DNA from: Candidatus Bathyarchaeota archaeon
GTDB taxonomy: Archaea > Thermoproteota > Bathyarchaeia > JAPDIZ01
Length of the DNA: 64,000 nt
Assembly: GCA_029259355.1 (NCBI GenBank)
Contig: JAPDIZ010000003.1
Location: 69,181-133,180 of the forward strand
Direction: 5' to 3'
Under the pieces are notes generated by a model. The model worked only from the letters and a program-made list of their open reading frames with translations. It ran no database searches and was not told the DNA's origin. Made by a program: the position numbers and the translations under genes. Shown one piece after another: positions 17,887 through 28,193 of this stretch. Every line of letters begins with the position of its first letter. The first letter of the stretch is position 1.

Positions 17887-20127
17887 GTGTTCCTCGTGAG
17901 CTCATACAGACCTGTTCAGGCAACAGCTCTTCTGTTGGTTGTGTTCGTGATCGGGTTCTTCACCAGAATTCTACTGTTTACCCAAGCCCCCACACCACCC
18001 GGCGATGACGAAGCCGTGCTCTGCGGAGTTGCTTCCTACGTGCTTGAAGAGGGAAAGCTTCCCGAGAAAAACCCCTACCACATGTACGGAACGCCCTTCG
18101 TCTACCCTCCGCTTATGCACCTACTCTGCGCTCTGACATCAGCCGCTTGTGGGCTGAGTGGGTGGGGGGTGCTTGGAGCAGCGCTGTGGCTAACCATTTC
18201 GATCGATACATTCACCACACTCGCAGTGTATGCCGTGTCTAAGAGAATTCTCCAAAGCGAAGCCTGCTCGCTCCTCTGCGCGCTTGCCTACTCAGTTGCC
18301 AGCCCCCACCTCTACATGATGTGCTGGGGTGGATACGTAAACTTGCTGACGCTCTTCTACGTACCCCTCATCGTGGGGGCGCTGCTCCGTCACCTAGGAG
18401 GAGACTTTGTGAGGGGGTTTCTGACGCTAACCATCTCTCTAACAGCCGTTTTCTACTCCCACCACTTCTCCGCTGCCATCACGCTAGCGCTATTGAGCTG
18501 CACCGTGTTGGCGTTAGCAGCTACCAGAGCTCGCGAGAAGAAGACGCTGAAGTGGTTTTTCTGGGCAAGCGCGGCCACCGCATCCTCAGCAGCTGCGTCT
18601 GGGGCTTGGTACATCCCCAGATACGCTGAGTTCGCCTCGATATTCGCTAAAGCTGGAGCAGAGGCCTCCGTTTCCGCAACCCCGCAGATGATCGCTGAGG
18701 CTGCGTCCACCACCATATTGGGTATGGGGGCACCCTTTGCTGCGCTACTGCTTTGGCTCGTTGCCCTAGGCTTTGACTACGTTTGTCGAAGAAGAGGCTA
18801 TCTCGGCGTTGAGACCATATGCGTCTTCACGTGGTTTCTGGTTCCCTCCTTGCTTGGGCTACCCTTCGTATCGAAATCCCCCATGCTCTTCCAGAGATTC
18901 TTCTACTTCTCCACTCAACCCCTCGTCATACTCGCCGCAACGGGGCTGTTCTACATAGCAGTTGTGAGCGCACGGCTCAGCGACGCGCCAGCAGCTTTCG
19001 CTACCTTAGCCGTATCGATGCTTCTACTGGGATACTTCTTGGGAAACTTCTACTTCATCGGCTTGAGAGGGTTCTACGACGGAAACCTTGAGTGGTTTAG
19101 GAGCGGAGACGCTTCGACCAAGCACCTCATTAACTGGCTGTTTACGAAGTCGGAAGAAGGTTGCGTCATAGCTTCCTCTCACTCTCTCGGGTGGTGGCTC
19201 TCCGGGTTTTCACACCGCGGCATCATACCAGCAACACCAGCTAAGTTCCTAACCTTTCCCTACGAACTCGACCTATGCAGAGCAGCGTTTGTCTGCGTAA
19301 ACACATGCGTCTGGGCGGAGTCTGGAAGACACGCACTTATGGACAACGGGTTGAGGGGTGTGTTAAAAACTCCTCAAGTGTGCGTCTTGCGAGCTGGTGA
19401 GGTCTACCCGGGGATAGAGCTAGACACCAGCAAGCTATGCGTAGTCGTAAGAGAGGGGGGTGTGGTAAGGCGTTATGAGCTAAGCGATTTTGAGCCATCT
19501 CGCTCAGAGCTCGTTGCGAAGGGCAATGCGGTAGAGATGCTGTACGCCTATGAAGCAGATGAGCTTTGGCTGCGCCGAAGAGTGATATTTCCAAACAGCT
19601 CTGAAGGAGCAGATGTCTACCTAGAGGTTGGGGGAAAAGAGGTTTTGGAGGTTTGGGTTGGAGTGGATACACCCCTCGCCTACGAAAAAGCATACGCTGG
19701 CGATGGATGGGTGGGCTTCTTCGACAAAGCCGAGATGCTTGGCGCAGTAGCAGTCTTTGATCCAGAGCCACACGCGGTGCTCGGCGGAGAGGAGGGGAGC
19801 TACTTGGTCGTCTTCTGGGGAGGAGGTGGAGAGTTCCGAGCCAAGATATCGCTGCTGGTATTCGACGCCAGCAAAGCGGAGGTTAGGGAGCCGAAGGATT
19901 GGCTTGAGGAGATGATAGAGGCTAAGGTGGGGGGAGGGGGCGTAGAAGTGGCTACGGTGGACGAGCTGATGGATGTCTACAAAATCTCGTACGTAGCTGA
20001 TCAGGATGGCTACACAGCATACTCCATAGCACGCAGCCCCCGCTTCGACCTGATCTACTCCTGCTACAAAACGAAGCGAGGCTGGGAGGAGCCTACGAGA
20101 GTCTTGGTGCATAAGCGCTTGCTCTAA
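17887..20127 (+). CDS. GT-C-fold membrane glycosyltransferase (STT3/AglB-like or PMT/ArnT-like), 13-TM N-terminus plus soluble C-terminal domain
   Basis: 746 aa; N-terminal polytopic region with acidic loop PPGDDEA; C-terminal soluble domain about 300 aa; a WW-containing stretch LGWWLSGFSHRG instead of a canonical WWDYG. Confidence 0.5.
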   Translation: MFLVSSYRPVQATALLLVVFVIGFFTRILLFTQAPTPPGDDEAVLCGVASYVLEEGKLPEKNPYHMYGTPFVYPPLMHLLCALTSAACGLSGWGVLGAALWLTISIDTFTTLAVYAVSKRILQSEACSLLCALAYSVASPHLYMMCWGGYVNLLTLFYVPLIVGALLRHLGGDFVRGFLTLTISLTAVFYSHHFSAAITLALLSCTVLALAATRAREKKTLKWFFWASAATASSAAASGAWYIPRYAEFASIFAKAGAEASVSATPQMIAEAASTTILGMGAPFAALLLWLVALGFDYVCRRRGYLGVETICVFTWFLVPSLLGLPFVSKSPMLFQRFFYFSTQPLVILAATGLFYIAVVSARLSDAPAAFATLAVSMLLLGYFLGNFYFIGLRGFYDGNLEWFRSGDASTKHLINWLFTKSEEGCVIASSHSLGWWLSGFSHRGIIPATPAKFLTFPYELDLCRAAFVCVNTCVWAESGRHALMDNGLRGVLKTPQVCVLRAGEVYPGIELDTSKLCVVVREGGVVRRYELSDFEPSRSELVAKGNAVEMLYAYEADELWLRRRVIFPNSSEGADVYLEVGGKEVLEVWVGVDTPLAYEKAYAGDGWVGFFDKAEMLGAVAVFDPEPHAVLGGEEGSYLVVFWGGGGEFRAKISLLVFDASKAEVREPKDWLEEMIEAKVGGGGVEVATVDELMDVYKISYVADQDGYTAYSIARSPRFDLIYSCYKTKRGWEEPTRVLVHKRLL

Positions 20128-21353
20128 GGCCTTGAAACCTCTTGGTACAGCTCCTCCAGCGCACAGACTATCCGGCTCCAGTCGTATTTCTCAGCCGTAG
20201 CCAAGCAGTTTTGGCACATCTCAGCGTACTCACTTCTCCCCACTCCTTGAATGAGGTAGAGCATAGCTTCCGCAAACTCCTCTGGGTCGTTAGGCCTAAC
20301 AACCAACCCATTGAAGCCATTTCTCACGTAGTCTAGGGCGCCGTTGTGGACATGATTGACTACGATGGGGGGTGTACCCACGGACATCGCCTCCAAAACA
20401 GACATTGCAAAGCCTTCTCGAACAGATGGAAATGCGAAGACGTGCGACGACGCAACGGTGCGCAAAAACTCCTCGTGCCCCAGCACCCCCATAAAGGTAA
20501 CAGCGTCCTCTACCCCCAAGCTCTTCGCCTGCTTCTCAAGCGATTCTCGAAGAGGGCCGTCTCCGATTATCCTCAACCGAACGTCTCGAGAGACTTTGCG
20601 AACCTTGGTGAACGCGTGGATCAGCACATCCACCCTTTTGTGATGGACAAGCCTCCCCGCATAGACGATCTCCTTCACCTCGCTCAATGCCTTTTCACGA
20701 GGCTTTTTTGCAAGCCTCCGATTAGCTGCTGAGTCTACTCCGTTGGGTACGACTGCTATCTTCTGGCTCGCTCTACCGCCGAGGTAGTTCTTGAGGTTCT
20801 CCGCTGTTCTACTGGATACGCAGACAAAGCGCTTTGGGAGGTCGTAGCAGAGCTTTTCAACAGCCATCCCCATGGTGGCTAGGTACTTGTTTGAGGCGTA
20901 ATCTCTCCAGTAGCTCCCCCAAACCTCGTGGACGGTTAGCACAAACGGAGCCCGCCAAAGAGACGCAAGCATCCTTGAGGAGAAGACGTGTAGGTAAGGG
21001 AATGCGCTGCAGTCAACCACATCAAACCTGTGCTTCTTGAAGACGAGCTGAAGGAGGGAAAGGGCGAAGAGGATGGGTGGCCCAACTCTTCTAACGGATT
21101 CATCTCCAGCTTCGCTCGGCTCCACCTCGCGCACGTATGGAGCATGCCTATACAGCATCTCCCAGCGAAACTTCATTACCCTATACACTGATACGCCGTC
21201 GACGCTCTCGCTTCTAGGACGATCGGGGGGTCCTATGGCGAAAACGTAGACGTCGTGCTTCTTAGCAAGCCTCCTAGCTATCTCGTAATACCGCCTCTCC
21301 ACACCCCCTCGCTGGTAGGGGTAGAAAAGCTCGGGTATTAGCGCAATTCTCAT
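20124..21353 (-). CDS. GT4 glycosyltransferase (GT-B, group 1)
   Basis: C-terminal E-x7-E-type region (FAFPSVREGFAMSVLEAMSVGTPPIV). Confidence 0.8.
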   Translation of the reverse strand: MRIALIPELFYPYQRGGVERRYYEIARRLAKKHDVYVFAIGPPDRPRSESVDGVSVYRVMKFRWEMLYRHAPYVREVEPSEAGDESVRRVGPPILFALSLLQLVFKKHRFDVVDCSAFPYLHVFSSRMLASLWRAPFVLTVHEVWGSYWRDYASNKYLATMGMAVEKLCYDLPKRFVCVSSRTAENLKNYLGGRASQKIAVVPNGVDSAANRRLAKKPREKALSEVKEIVYAGRLVHHKRVDVLIHAFTKVRKVSRDVRLRIIGDGPLRESLEKQAKSLGVEDAVTFMGVLGHEEFLRTVASSHVFAFPSVREGFAMSVLEAMSVGTPPIVVNHVHNGALDYVRNGFNGLVVRPNDPEEFAEAMLYLIQGVGRSEYAEMCQNCLATAEKYDWSRIVCALEELYQEVSRP

Positions 21354-21529
21354 CCGATGCCCTTCCAGAGCTACGTAGCCGAGGGCTGCTGCTCTTACCT
21401 ACACCTCCTACTCTCGATAATAGCTTTTTGGCACGCTCGAAGCGATCACGTTTTAAACCCACGACGTGTCTAACGTGCCAGCGCTGGGGGGCTTAGCGAT
21501 TAGGGTGGTGATGGTAACCAGCTGTTTTC

Positions 21530-22612
21530 GTGCCCAGTAAGGGAGGAATCGAGACATTCGTATACGAGATCAGCAAGCGCTTGGTGCGCAATGGGCACGA
21601 AGTGCTGGTGGTGACGAGTAGCCGAGGGCTCCCACCAAGCTCGTACCGCCACAGAGTAGAGGGTATAGACGTAGTTAGGTATCCCGAGCGAGTTAGGGTT
21701 TGGGAGGTCCCCTTCGTTCCGCAGATACCCATAAAAGCGTTTCTTGAGGCTAAGCACAGCGTTGACCTAGTCCACATCAGCGGAGCTACTCCGCTGCAGA
21801 CAGACCTAGCGCATACGCTGCTCAAAGCGAGAAGGAAGCGAATCGTGTACACCCACCACTTCGACCCAGAGACGCGAACGGGTAGGCTTTCCAAAACCTA
21901 CGCATGGCTATCGATCCCCATAGTTAACCTCGCAGACGTGATCGTGGCAAGCACAGCGAGCTATGCAGCGACTAGTCCCACGCTAAAGAGGGTTTTGCGC
22001 AAAGTTAGGGTGATCCCAATGGGCGTTAACCCAAGCGAGTACTTGGTGAGGGGGTTGGCGGGGAGGGAAAGCATTATACTCTTCGTTGGAAAGCTGATCT
22101 ATTACAAAAACCCCCTAGGCTTGCTCAGGTCGTTTGCGCGAATCGCCAACGAGGTGCCTGAGTCCAAGCTAGTGTTCATCGGGGATGGGGAGGAGAGGCC
22201 CATCCTCATCCGAGAAGCCAAGAGGCTTGGGGTAAGCGATAGAGTGGTGTTGCGAGGCTTCGTAGAGAGAAAGGAGCTTCTGGCTTGGTTAGCCGAGGCT
22301 CGTGTGCTAGCACTACCATCGATCAATCGGAGAGAAGCTTTCGGCATAGTTCTCCTCGAAGCCGCTGCCTCTGGTTTGCCCGTCATCGGATCAGACATCC
22401 CAGGCGTTCGAGAGGTGGTGGAGTCGCTTGGGGGGCTTCTCGTGCCGCCTAGAGATGAGGAGAAGCTTGCTGAAGCGCTTAGGAAAGCTCTAGACGACGA
22501 CGGCTGGTGGAAGGCAGCCTCCTCTCGAGGCGTAAATGTGGTGAGAGAAAGGTTTTCTTGGGAAAAAATCTACCACAAGTACCTCAGCCTCTACGGGGAA
22601 TTAGCGGGATAG
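21530..22612 (+). CDS. GT4 glycosyltransferase (GT-B, group 1)
   Basis: LALPSINRREAFGIVLLEAAASGLPVIGSD. Confidence 0.8.
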   Translation: MPSKGGIETFVYEISKRLVRNGHEVLVVTSSRGLPPSSYRHRVEGIDVVRYPERVRVWEVPFVPQIPIKAFLEAKHSVDLVHISGATPLQTDLAHTLLKARRKRIVYTHHFDPETRTGRLSKTYAWLSIPIVNLADVIVASTASYAATSPTLKRVLRKVRVIPMGVNPSEYLVRGLAGRESIILFVGKLIYYKNPLGLLRSFARIANEVPESKLVFIGDGEERPILIREAKRLGVSDRVVLRGFVERKELLAWLAEARVLALPSINRREAFGIVLLEAAASGLPVIGSDIPGVREVVESLGGLLVPPRDEEKLAEALRKALDDDGWWKAASSRGVNVVRERFSWEKIYHKYLSLYGELAG

Positions 22613-23755
22613 CGCTTCTCGGTAAACCTCGGATATAGCTGCGGAAACCGACTCCCAGCTGAACAGCTCCTCCACAACTTTCCTCGCCCTTCGCCCCATC
22701 GACTCCCTCAGCTCTTGATCCTCCAACAGCTTCAACACCGCTTCGGCAAGCTCTCTAGAATCTCCTCGCTTCACAACCATTCCCACGCCAGCGTTCTTGA
22801 TGTACGGCGACACACCCGCGATCTCCGAAACAACCACAGGCTTTCCACAAGCCATCGCCTCTAAAACCACTGTTCCAAAACCCTCTAAGCGCGTGGTGGA
22901 GGGCAAGACAAGCAGGTCACAACTCGCATACTGCTCTATCAGCACTTCCTCCTCCAAATAGCCAGTGAAGGTTACGTATTTTCCGATACCAAGCGACGAA
23001 GCCAGCTTCAAGTAGTGCGGCATCATGTCACCAGCTCCCACGAGCTTGAAGCGCACTGAGGGATTGCTCCGCACCACCTCCTTCACTGCCTCTAACAACA
23101 CTGGAATGCCCTTGTAGGTGAAGGATCTTCCCATAGAGCCTACGAAAAGCACCTCAGCAACCTGCTTCTCCACGAGCTTCTTGAGTGGGGAGAACTTGTG
23201 AGTATCAACTCCAACGGGTATTACGTACACCCTATCCCCAAACCCCATAGACTTTAGCTCCAACCTCAGCAGGGGTGATGTAGCTATCACGGCAGAGGAT
23301 TCTTCGAGGACGCGGGGGGTGAGCAGGCTATGGTATGGATAGGCTAAAACCCTCCTTGCGAAGCTATCGGCGAAGACCTCTGGAGACTCGAGGTTGTGTA
23401 TGGTGATGACTAAGGGAACCCCCAGCCGTCTGCTCATCCTCGAAGCTTGCCAGCAGATCGATAGGTGTGGGATGTGCGCGTGGATTAGGGAGGGATCGAA
23501 GTGAGCTATTTCGTCTACGTCGAACCGCGCTAGTGGAGCTGTAAAGAGCCTAAACACACGCTTTGACCTAATCACTCTGTAGCCGTAGGCTAATGAGCTG
23601 GAGAAAAAGCCGCTGCACGTCGTTGCTACTCCAGGTTCAAACCCATGAGGTGGAAGGTGTTTAACCAGAGATGCGACGTAGTTCTCAACACCTCCATAGT
23701 GAGGTAGGTAGTAGGAGGTAATGTGCAGAACTCTTTGGGAAGACTTGCTCGGCAT
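22601..23755 (-). CDS. GT4 glycosyltransferase (GT-B, group 1)
   Basis: LVLPSTTRLEGFGTVVLEAMACGKPVVVSE. Confidence 0.8.
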   Translation of the reverse strand: MPSKSSQRVLHITSYYLPHYGGVENYVASLVKHLPPHGFEPGVATTCSGFFSSSLAYGYRVIRSKRVFRLFTAPLARFDVDEIAHFDPSLIHAHIPHLSICWQASRMSRRLGVPLVITIHNLESPEVFADSFARRVLAYPYHSLLTPRVLEESSAVIATSPLLRLELKSMGFGDRVYVIPVGVDTHKFSPLKKLVEKQVAEVLFVGSMGRSFTYKGIPVLLEAVKEVVRSNPSVRFKLVGAGDMMPHYLKLASSLGIGKYVTFTGYLEEEVLIEQYASCDLLVLPSTTRLEGFGTVVLEAMACGKPVVVSEIAGVSPYIKNAGVGMVVKRGDSRELAEAVLKLLEDQELRESMGRRARKVVEELFSWESVSAAISEVYREALSR

Positions 23756-23757
23756 TC

Positions 23758-24633
23758 TCAGAATTGATGCAGAGCCTCCCAGTACGATTCTGGGTTTCCC
23801 ACGTCGATGTACTTCTCGTGAGAGCCGAGCATAAGCGCGTAGACCTCGAAGCCCCAGTTTAGCAGGAGCTGTATGGCGTCGGTGAGCTGCTTCTCCCCAT
23901 CCCTTCCATATCCGACCCTCGTAAGAGCGTCGAATATCAAGGGCTTGAAGGCGTAGACCGCTATGGAGGCGATATTCGTCGGAGGCTCCTGAGGTTTCTC
24001 CACCACACTCCTCAGTCTTATCAAGTCGTCCTCTACGAAGTCTCCCTCAACTACACCGTAGATGCGCGGATCCTCCACCTCCTTAACTAGCATAGTTGCC
24101 GCAGGCTTGTAGGACTCGTGCACCTCCAGCAACCGCTTGATGTAGTGGTTGTCGTTTGACAGCACGAAGGAGTCTCCCGCGTAAACAATGAAGTCTTCAT
24201 CTCTAGCAAACGATCTCGCTCTCAACACCGCATCACCGAATCCCCTAGGCTTAGGCTGGTTTACCCAAACAATTATGGAGTCTTCCAGTCTGCGGTAAAA
24301 GGCGCTCAGCTCCTCAACATAATCCTGTTTGTTACGCTTCTCCAGCTCCTCTAAGAAGTCGTAGTCTGGGGTGAAATGGTCTTCAATCGCTCTCTTAGCC
24401 TTCCCCGTGATGAAGCAGAACTCCCTAATGCCCGCGTCGTATAGGTGCTCAAAGACTAGCTGAAGCAGAGGCTTAACAACAAGCCTTCCCCCGCTCTTCA
24501 CAAACACGGGAAGCATTTCTTTAGGCTGTTCCTTCGTCGCGGGGAGGAGGCGTGTTCCAAGACCCGCAGCGGGTATCACAGCTTTCCTAACCAAGGCTCG
24601 CTCCAGTCCTCCGAAACTAAGACATTTTAGCAA
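23758..24633 (-). CDS. UTP-glucose-1-phosphate uridylyltransferase (GalU-type)
   Basis: VRKAVIPAAGLGTRLLPATKEQPKEMLPV is the GalU N-terminal signature; 291 aa, no LbH domain. Confidence 0.8.
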   Translation of the reverse strand: MLKCLSFGGLERALVRKAVIPAAGLGTRLLPATKEQPKEMLPVFVKSGGRLVVKPLLQLVFEHLYDAGIREFCFITGKAKRAIEDHFTPDYDFLEELEKRNKQDYVEELSAFYRRLEDSIIVWVNQPKPRGFGDAVLRARSFARDEDFIVYAGDSFVLSNDNHYIKRLLEVHESYKPAATMLVKEVEDPRIYGVVEGDFVEDDLIRLRSVVEKPQEPPTNIASIAVYAFKPLIFDALTRVGYGRDGEKQLTDAIQLLLNWGFEVYALMLGSHEKYIDVGNPESYWEALHQF

Positions 24634-24688
24634 AACTCTTTTTAAAATACTCCATCCCGAACATTGGAAACACTATGCTCACGTTGAG

Positions 24689-25729
24689 ATGATCGACGTG
24701 CACAAAGTAGTCAGAGAAGGTTTGGAGCGAATAGAAAGAGAACTCTCGGAATACCACGAAGCCTTTGAGTCACGCAAAGTCTTAGTGGCTGGCGGAGCTG
24801 GTTTCATAGGGACTTGGGTGTGCAGAACCCTTCTACGGTTGGGAGCTGAAGTGGTGTGTGTAGACAACTTCGCAAGCTCGCTTCCCGAAAACGTTGAGGA
24901 GTTATTGAGCCAACAAGGCTTTACACTGTTAAAGAAAGACGTCTCCAAACCTCTCGCCGCTGAGGAGGTGGGTCGAGTAAACATCGTCTTGCACTTAGCT
25001 AGCCGAGCTGCACCGCCTGAGTTTGACAGCTTTCCCGTAGAAACTCTTCTCGCAAACACCGTGGGAACAGCTAACCTGCTGGAACTGTCGAGAGCTTGTG
25101 ATGCAACCTTCCTGTTCGCCTCATCCTCAGAGGTCTATGGAGACCCCCCGCCAAACTACGTACCCACGCCCGAGATCTATACTGGAAACGTCAACCCCGT
25201 AGGTCCTCGTAGCTGCTACGAAGAAGCCAAGAGGTGTGGTGAAGCTTTTGCAAAAGCCTACGAAAAGCAGTACGGCCTCGATGTGAGAATCGTCAGAATC
25301 TTCAACACCTACGGGCCGTACATGAGGGCTGAGGGCATCTACGGAAGGGTCGTCTCCCGCTTCATCACACAAGCTCTCGCAAACCAACCCATCACTATCT
25401 ACGGCGACGGAAGCCAGTCAAGAAGCTTCACTTACGTCACAGATCTCGTTAACGGGTTGCTGCGAGCAACATGCTGCGATAAAGCTAGGGGTGAGGTCAT
25501 CAACATAGGGAGTGAAAGGGAGATCAAGATCATCGAGCTAGCTCATCTGATAAAGAAGCTGACGAGGAGCAGCTCAGAATTCAAGTTTGAGCAGCCACCA
25601 CCCGACGATCCTCGAAGGAGGTGCCCTGACATATCCAAGGCGAAAAAGCTCCTTAACTGGACTCCAAAGGTAGGCCTCGAAGAAGGCCTAACCTACACAA
25701 TCGAGTGGTTTCGTGACAAGATGAGCTAA
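24689..25729 (+). CDS. UDP-glucuronate decarboxylase-like extended SDR (UXS / ArnA C-terminal domain family)
   Basis: Rossmann VLVAGGAGFIGTWV; catalytic Y-x3-K (YEEAKRCGE); C-terminal RRRCPDISKAKKLLNWTPKV resembles the UXS tail motif. Confidence 0.7.
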   Translation: MIDVHKVVREGLERIERELSEYHEAFESRKVLVAGGAGFIGTWVCRTLLRLGAEVVCVDNFASSLPENVEELLSQQGFTLLKKDVSKPLAAEEVGRVNIVLHLASRAAPPEFDSFPVETLLANTVGTANLLELSRACDATFLFASSSEVYGDPPPNYVPTPEIYTGNVNPVGPRSCYEEAKRCGEAFAKAYEKQYGLDVRIVRIFNTYGPYMRAEGIYGRVVSRFITQALANQPITIYGDGSQSRSFTYVTDLVNGLLRATCCDKARGEVINIGSEREIKIIELAHLIKKLTRSSSEFKFEQPPPDDPRRRCPDISKAKKLLNWTPKVGLEEGLTYTIEWFRDKMS

Positions 25730-25789
25730 TGTTTATTAGAAGCGCGTAATCACGTTTGCCTCGCAAACGCCTAAGGCGTTTCAAGGGGG

Positions 25790-26314
25790 TTGGCGGCGCT
25801 GAGCCGCTTACTTCCTTGGCGCCTAGTTGGGCGTTGGCAGTGCATAGCCTGTGGCGAGTGCTGCCGAATCTTCAGAGTTGGCTTGAACAGCAGCGAGCTG
25901 CAGAGGTTTCTCACGAAGTACCCATATGCGGTTGAGATTGGAGCAGATGGGAGGGCGTATCTGAAGCGTAGGAGAGATGGGAGCTGCGTCTTTCAGATAG
26001 GTAGGCTCTGCGGAATACAGCACGAAAAACCTCTTGCGTGCAAGCTCTGGCCCTTCTACATATACCCAAAGCCCCTCGACGTTGGGAGACCAGAGGACGC
26101 AGCATACCTCTATGGCAACGAGGTGTACTACGTCTACGTACATGCAGTGTGCAACGGGTTGGGAGTGGGGCCGCCCATCGAGTTTGCTATAGCCGAAGCG
26201 ATGAAGATTCGGGAAGGCAAAATGCTTAGGCAGAAGTTTCTCACCAGCCCATCGACACCTACGTCACCGATCGACGTGGTTCGTCGACCAGTTCTCCCCA
26301 GACCTATATGCTAG
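25790..26314 (+). CDS. YkgJ-like cysteine-cluster protein (CxxCxxCC putative Fe-S/Zn domain)
   Basis: CIACGECC near the N-terminus plus additional conserved Cys. Confidence 0.5.
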   Translation: MAALSRLLPWRLVGRWQCIACGECCRIFRVGLNSSELQRFLTKYPYAVEIGADGRAYLKRRRDGSCVFQIGRLCGIQHEKPLACKLWPFYIYPKPLDVGRPEDAAYLYGNEVYYVYVHAVCNGLGVGPPIEFAIAEAMKIREGKMLRQKFLTSPSTPTSPIDVVRRPVLPRPIC

Positions 26315-27233
26315 AAAGCGCTTGCTGATAGGTTTGCTTGATGCTTTCCACAGCCTCCCAAAACAGCTTCTTCTCAACCTCGTCGAGGTCTAGAGCGCAA
26401 GGCTTTATCGACTTCCTGCCAAGCGAGAAAACCCAGTTTGCAAAGCACTTCACTCCATCTACCTCCACGAAGGAGCCTATGGTGAACTCCCTGTTTTCGT
26501 CTAGCAGGAGAGCTTTGGAAATCTCTCTAAAACATCCTACAGGCCCTGTTGAGGTCCCGCCCAGCTTAGCTATGACATCCCTAGCCATGCTGGACACGGC
26601 CTTTCTCGCCTCCTCAATAGAGACTTCGATCCCTTTCTCAGAGAGAAATTTGAAGAGCTTCTTGCCCCTAACCCAAGTTTGCGAAAGCACCGGGACGAGC
26701 TTCTCCCCGTGCTCACCCACGACTAGCGTAGACACCTCGTTTGGCGAAACCCCCAGCTTTTGCGAAATCCAAAGCCTAAGCCTCACCCCATCTAGAAACG
26801 TCCCGCTGCTGATGGCGTAGGGGAAGTTCCCCACCTCCTTCATAAGCCACGCCATAGCATCTACTGGGTTGGTGACGACAACGATGTGAGACTCTTGGTT
26901 AGTTTTCACCAACGACTCAGCGATGTCTGATATCACCTTAGCGTTGACCGCTGCCAAATCTTTGCGATCCATGTGCGGCTTCCTCGGAGAGCCTGCGCAC
27001 ACCAGCACCAAATCAGCTTGATCAAGCTCCTCCAGCGTGCTTAGAGTACGTACCTCGAGGTCTTTGCCACGTGCGCAAGCAGATATCATTAGCTCAAGCT
27101 TCAGCGCTTCAGCCAAGCCCGGTACAACGTCGTAGAGGGTGAGGCAGCCAACGTAGGGCTCGCTAGACATTGCGTGGGCATAGGTTCTTCCGATAAGCCC
27201 TAAGCCGATTACCGCGACGTGATACGTTACCAA
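26304..27233 (-). CDS. mdh: malate/L-lactate dehydrogenase (LDH-like MDH)
   Basis: VAVIGLGLIGRTYAH (NAD-binding), IVVVTNPVD, GEHGE. Confidence 0.8.
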   Translation of the reverse strand: MVTYHVAVIGLGLIGRTYAHAMSSEPYVGCLTLYDVVPGLAEALKLELMISACARGKDLEVRTLSTLEELDQADLVLVCAGSPRKPHMDRKDLAAVNAKVISDIAESLVKTNQESHIVVVTNPVDAMAWLMKEVGNFPYAISSGTFLDGVRLRLWISQKLGVSPNEVSTLVVGEHGEKLVPVLSQTWVRGKKLFKFLSEKGIEVSIEEARKAVSSMARDVIAKLGGTSTGPVGCFREISKALLLDENREFTIGSFVEVDGVKCFANWVFSLGRKSIKPCALDLDEVEKKLFWEAVESIKQTYQQALSSI

Positions 27234-28189
27234 GACAGCTCACCTCTCCTCGCATATCCCTTTACCACGTTAGCGAGGGTGAGGGGGATGTGCTCGTAGC
27301 TATCTACTACTTGAAACACTCCTCCAGATACCTTGGCCATCTCCCCACAAACCTCTCTATCGATAACCTTTCCCCTACGAGTCTGTACGCCAATTACGTG
27401 GAGCTGTGGGTACTTAGCAGCTACTGGCACGGGGTCTTCGGTTGTGTATATGCCGTCTGTTATGAGCACACCCATCTTCTCCTTATGAGAAGCTCGCTGA
27501 AGCTGCTGAAGCCCAGCTCTCAAAGCAGCAGCTATGTCCGTGTACCCAGTTGGTGGAGTTGACAGTATCTCCCTCACAATCGCTCTGACCTCCCTATACT
27601 CCCTCATGTCCTTAATTACCCTAGGCTTGTCGCTGTAAAGGATTACAGCATACTCCTCATCTCGCAAGAGGTAGGCCAAGACCGCTGTGGAGAGAGCTGC
27701 TACGAGTATTTTTGAACCAGACATCGAACCCGAGTGGTCCATGATGAGCGCAACAGACCTCTTCGTCCTCCACCTTTCGTAAGAAACCACATTCTCCAAG
27801 CTTGGCGAAAGAGTTTCGGTTACCCTCTCGATGGTCTCATCCCAGTCGATTAGGTCGTTGCCCGGCTCGTAGGGAACCCTCCTAAGCTTGGGAACAGGTT
27901 TTCCAATTCCTAAGAGCTCAAGCGCCTTTGCTTCTATCCAGTTTATGTATGTGTGCAGCACGAGATCGAGAACTTTGTCGGATAGCCAAGGCTTGACCTT
28001 GTAAAAGACCTCTAGGAAGCGCGTTGGGTGGTCTTCGACGAATCTTTTGGCATACTCTGGGTCGCGGTTTAGGTAGCTAGCTATGGTGTCTGCGCGGAAA
28101 TCGGAGAACTTCCTCAGAGATTCAACGTCCAGCTCCCTGAGCGCGTCAGCGATCATCTTCCTATAGCTCTGCAGCGGGGCTTGGCTCAC
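27227..28189 (-). CDS. von Willebrand factor A (VWA) domain protein
   Basis: MIDAS motif DHSGSMSG (D-x-S-x-S) within a VWA-like fold; 7-nt overlap with mdh start. Confidence 0.75.
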   Translation of the reverse strand: MSQAPLQSYRKMIADALRELDVESLRKFSDFRADTIASYLNRDPEYAKRFVEDHPTRFLEVFYKVKPWLSDKVLDLVLHTYINWIEAKALELLGIGKPVPKLRRVPYEPGNDLIDWDETIERVTETLSPSLENVVSYERWRTKRSVALIMDHSGSMSGSKILVAALSTAVLAYLLRDEEYAVILYSDKPRVIKDMREYREVRAIVREILSTPPTGYTDIAAALRAGLQQLQRASHKEKMGVLITDGIYTTEDPVPVAAKYPQLHVIGVQTRRGKVIDREVCGEMAKVSGGVFQVVDSYEHIPLTLANVVKGYARRGELSW

Positions 28190-28193
28190 CCAC

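Noticed and set aside
17887-20127. Calling the 746-aa GT-C protein the oligosaccharyltransferase AglB
   Set aside because: The architecture fits, but the diagnostic WWDYG motif is absent (only WWLSG); kept as a generic GT-C-like protein.
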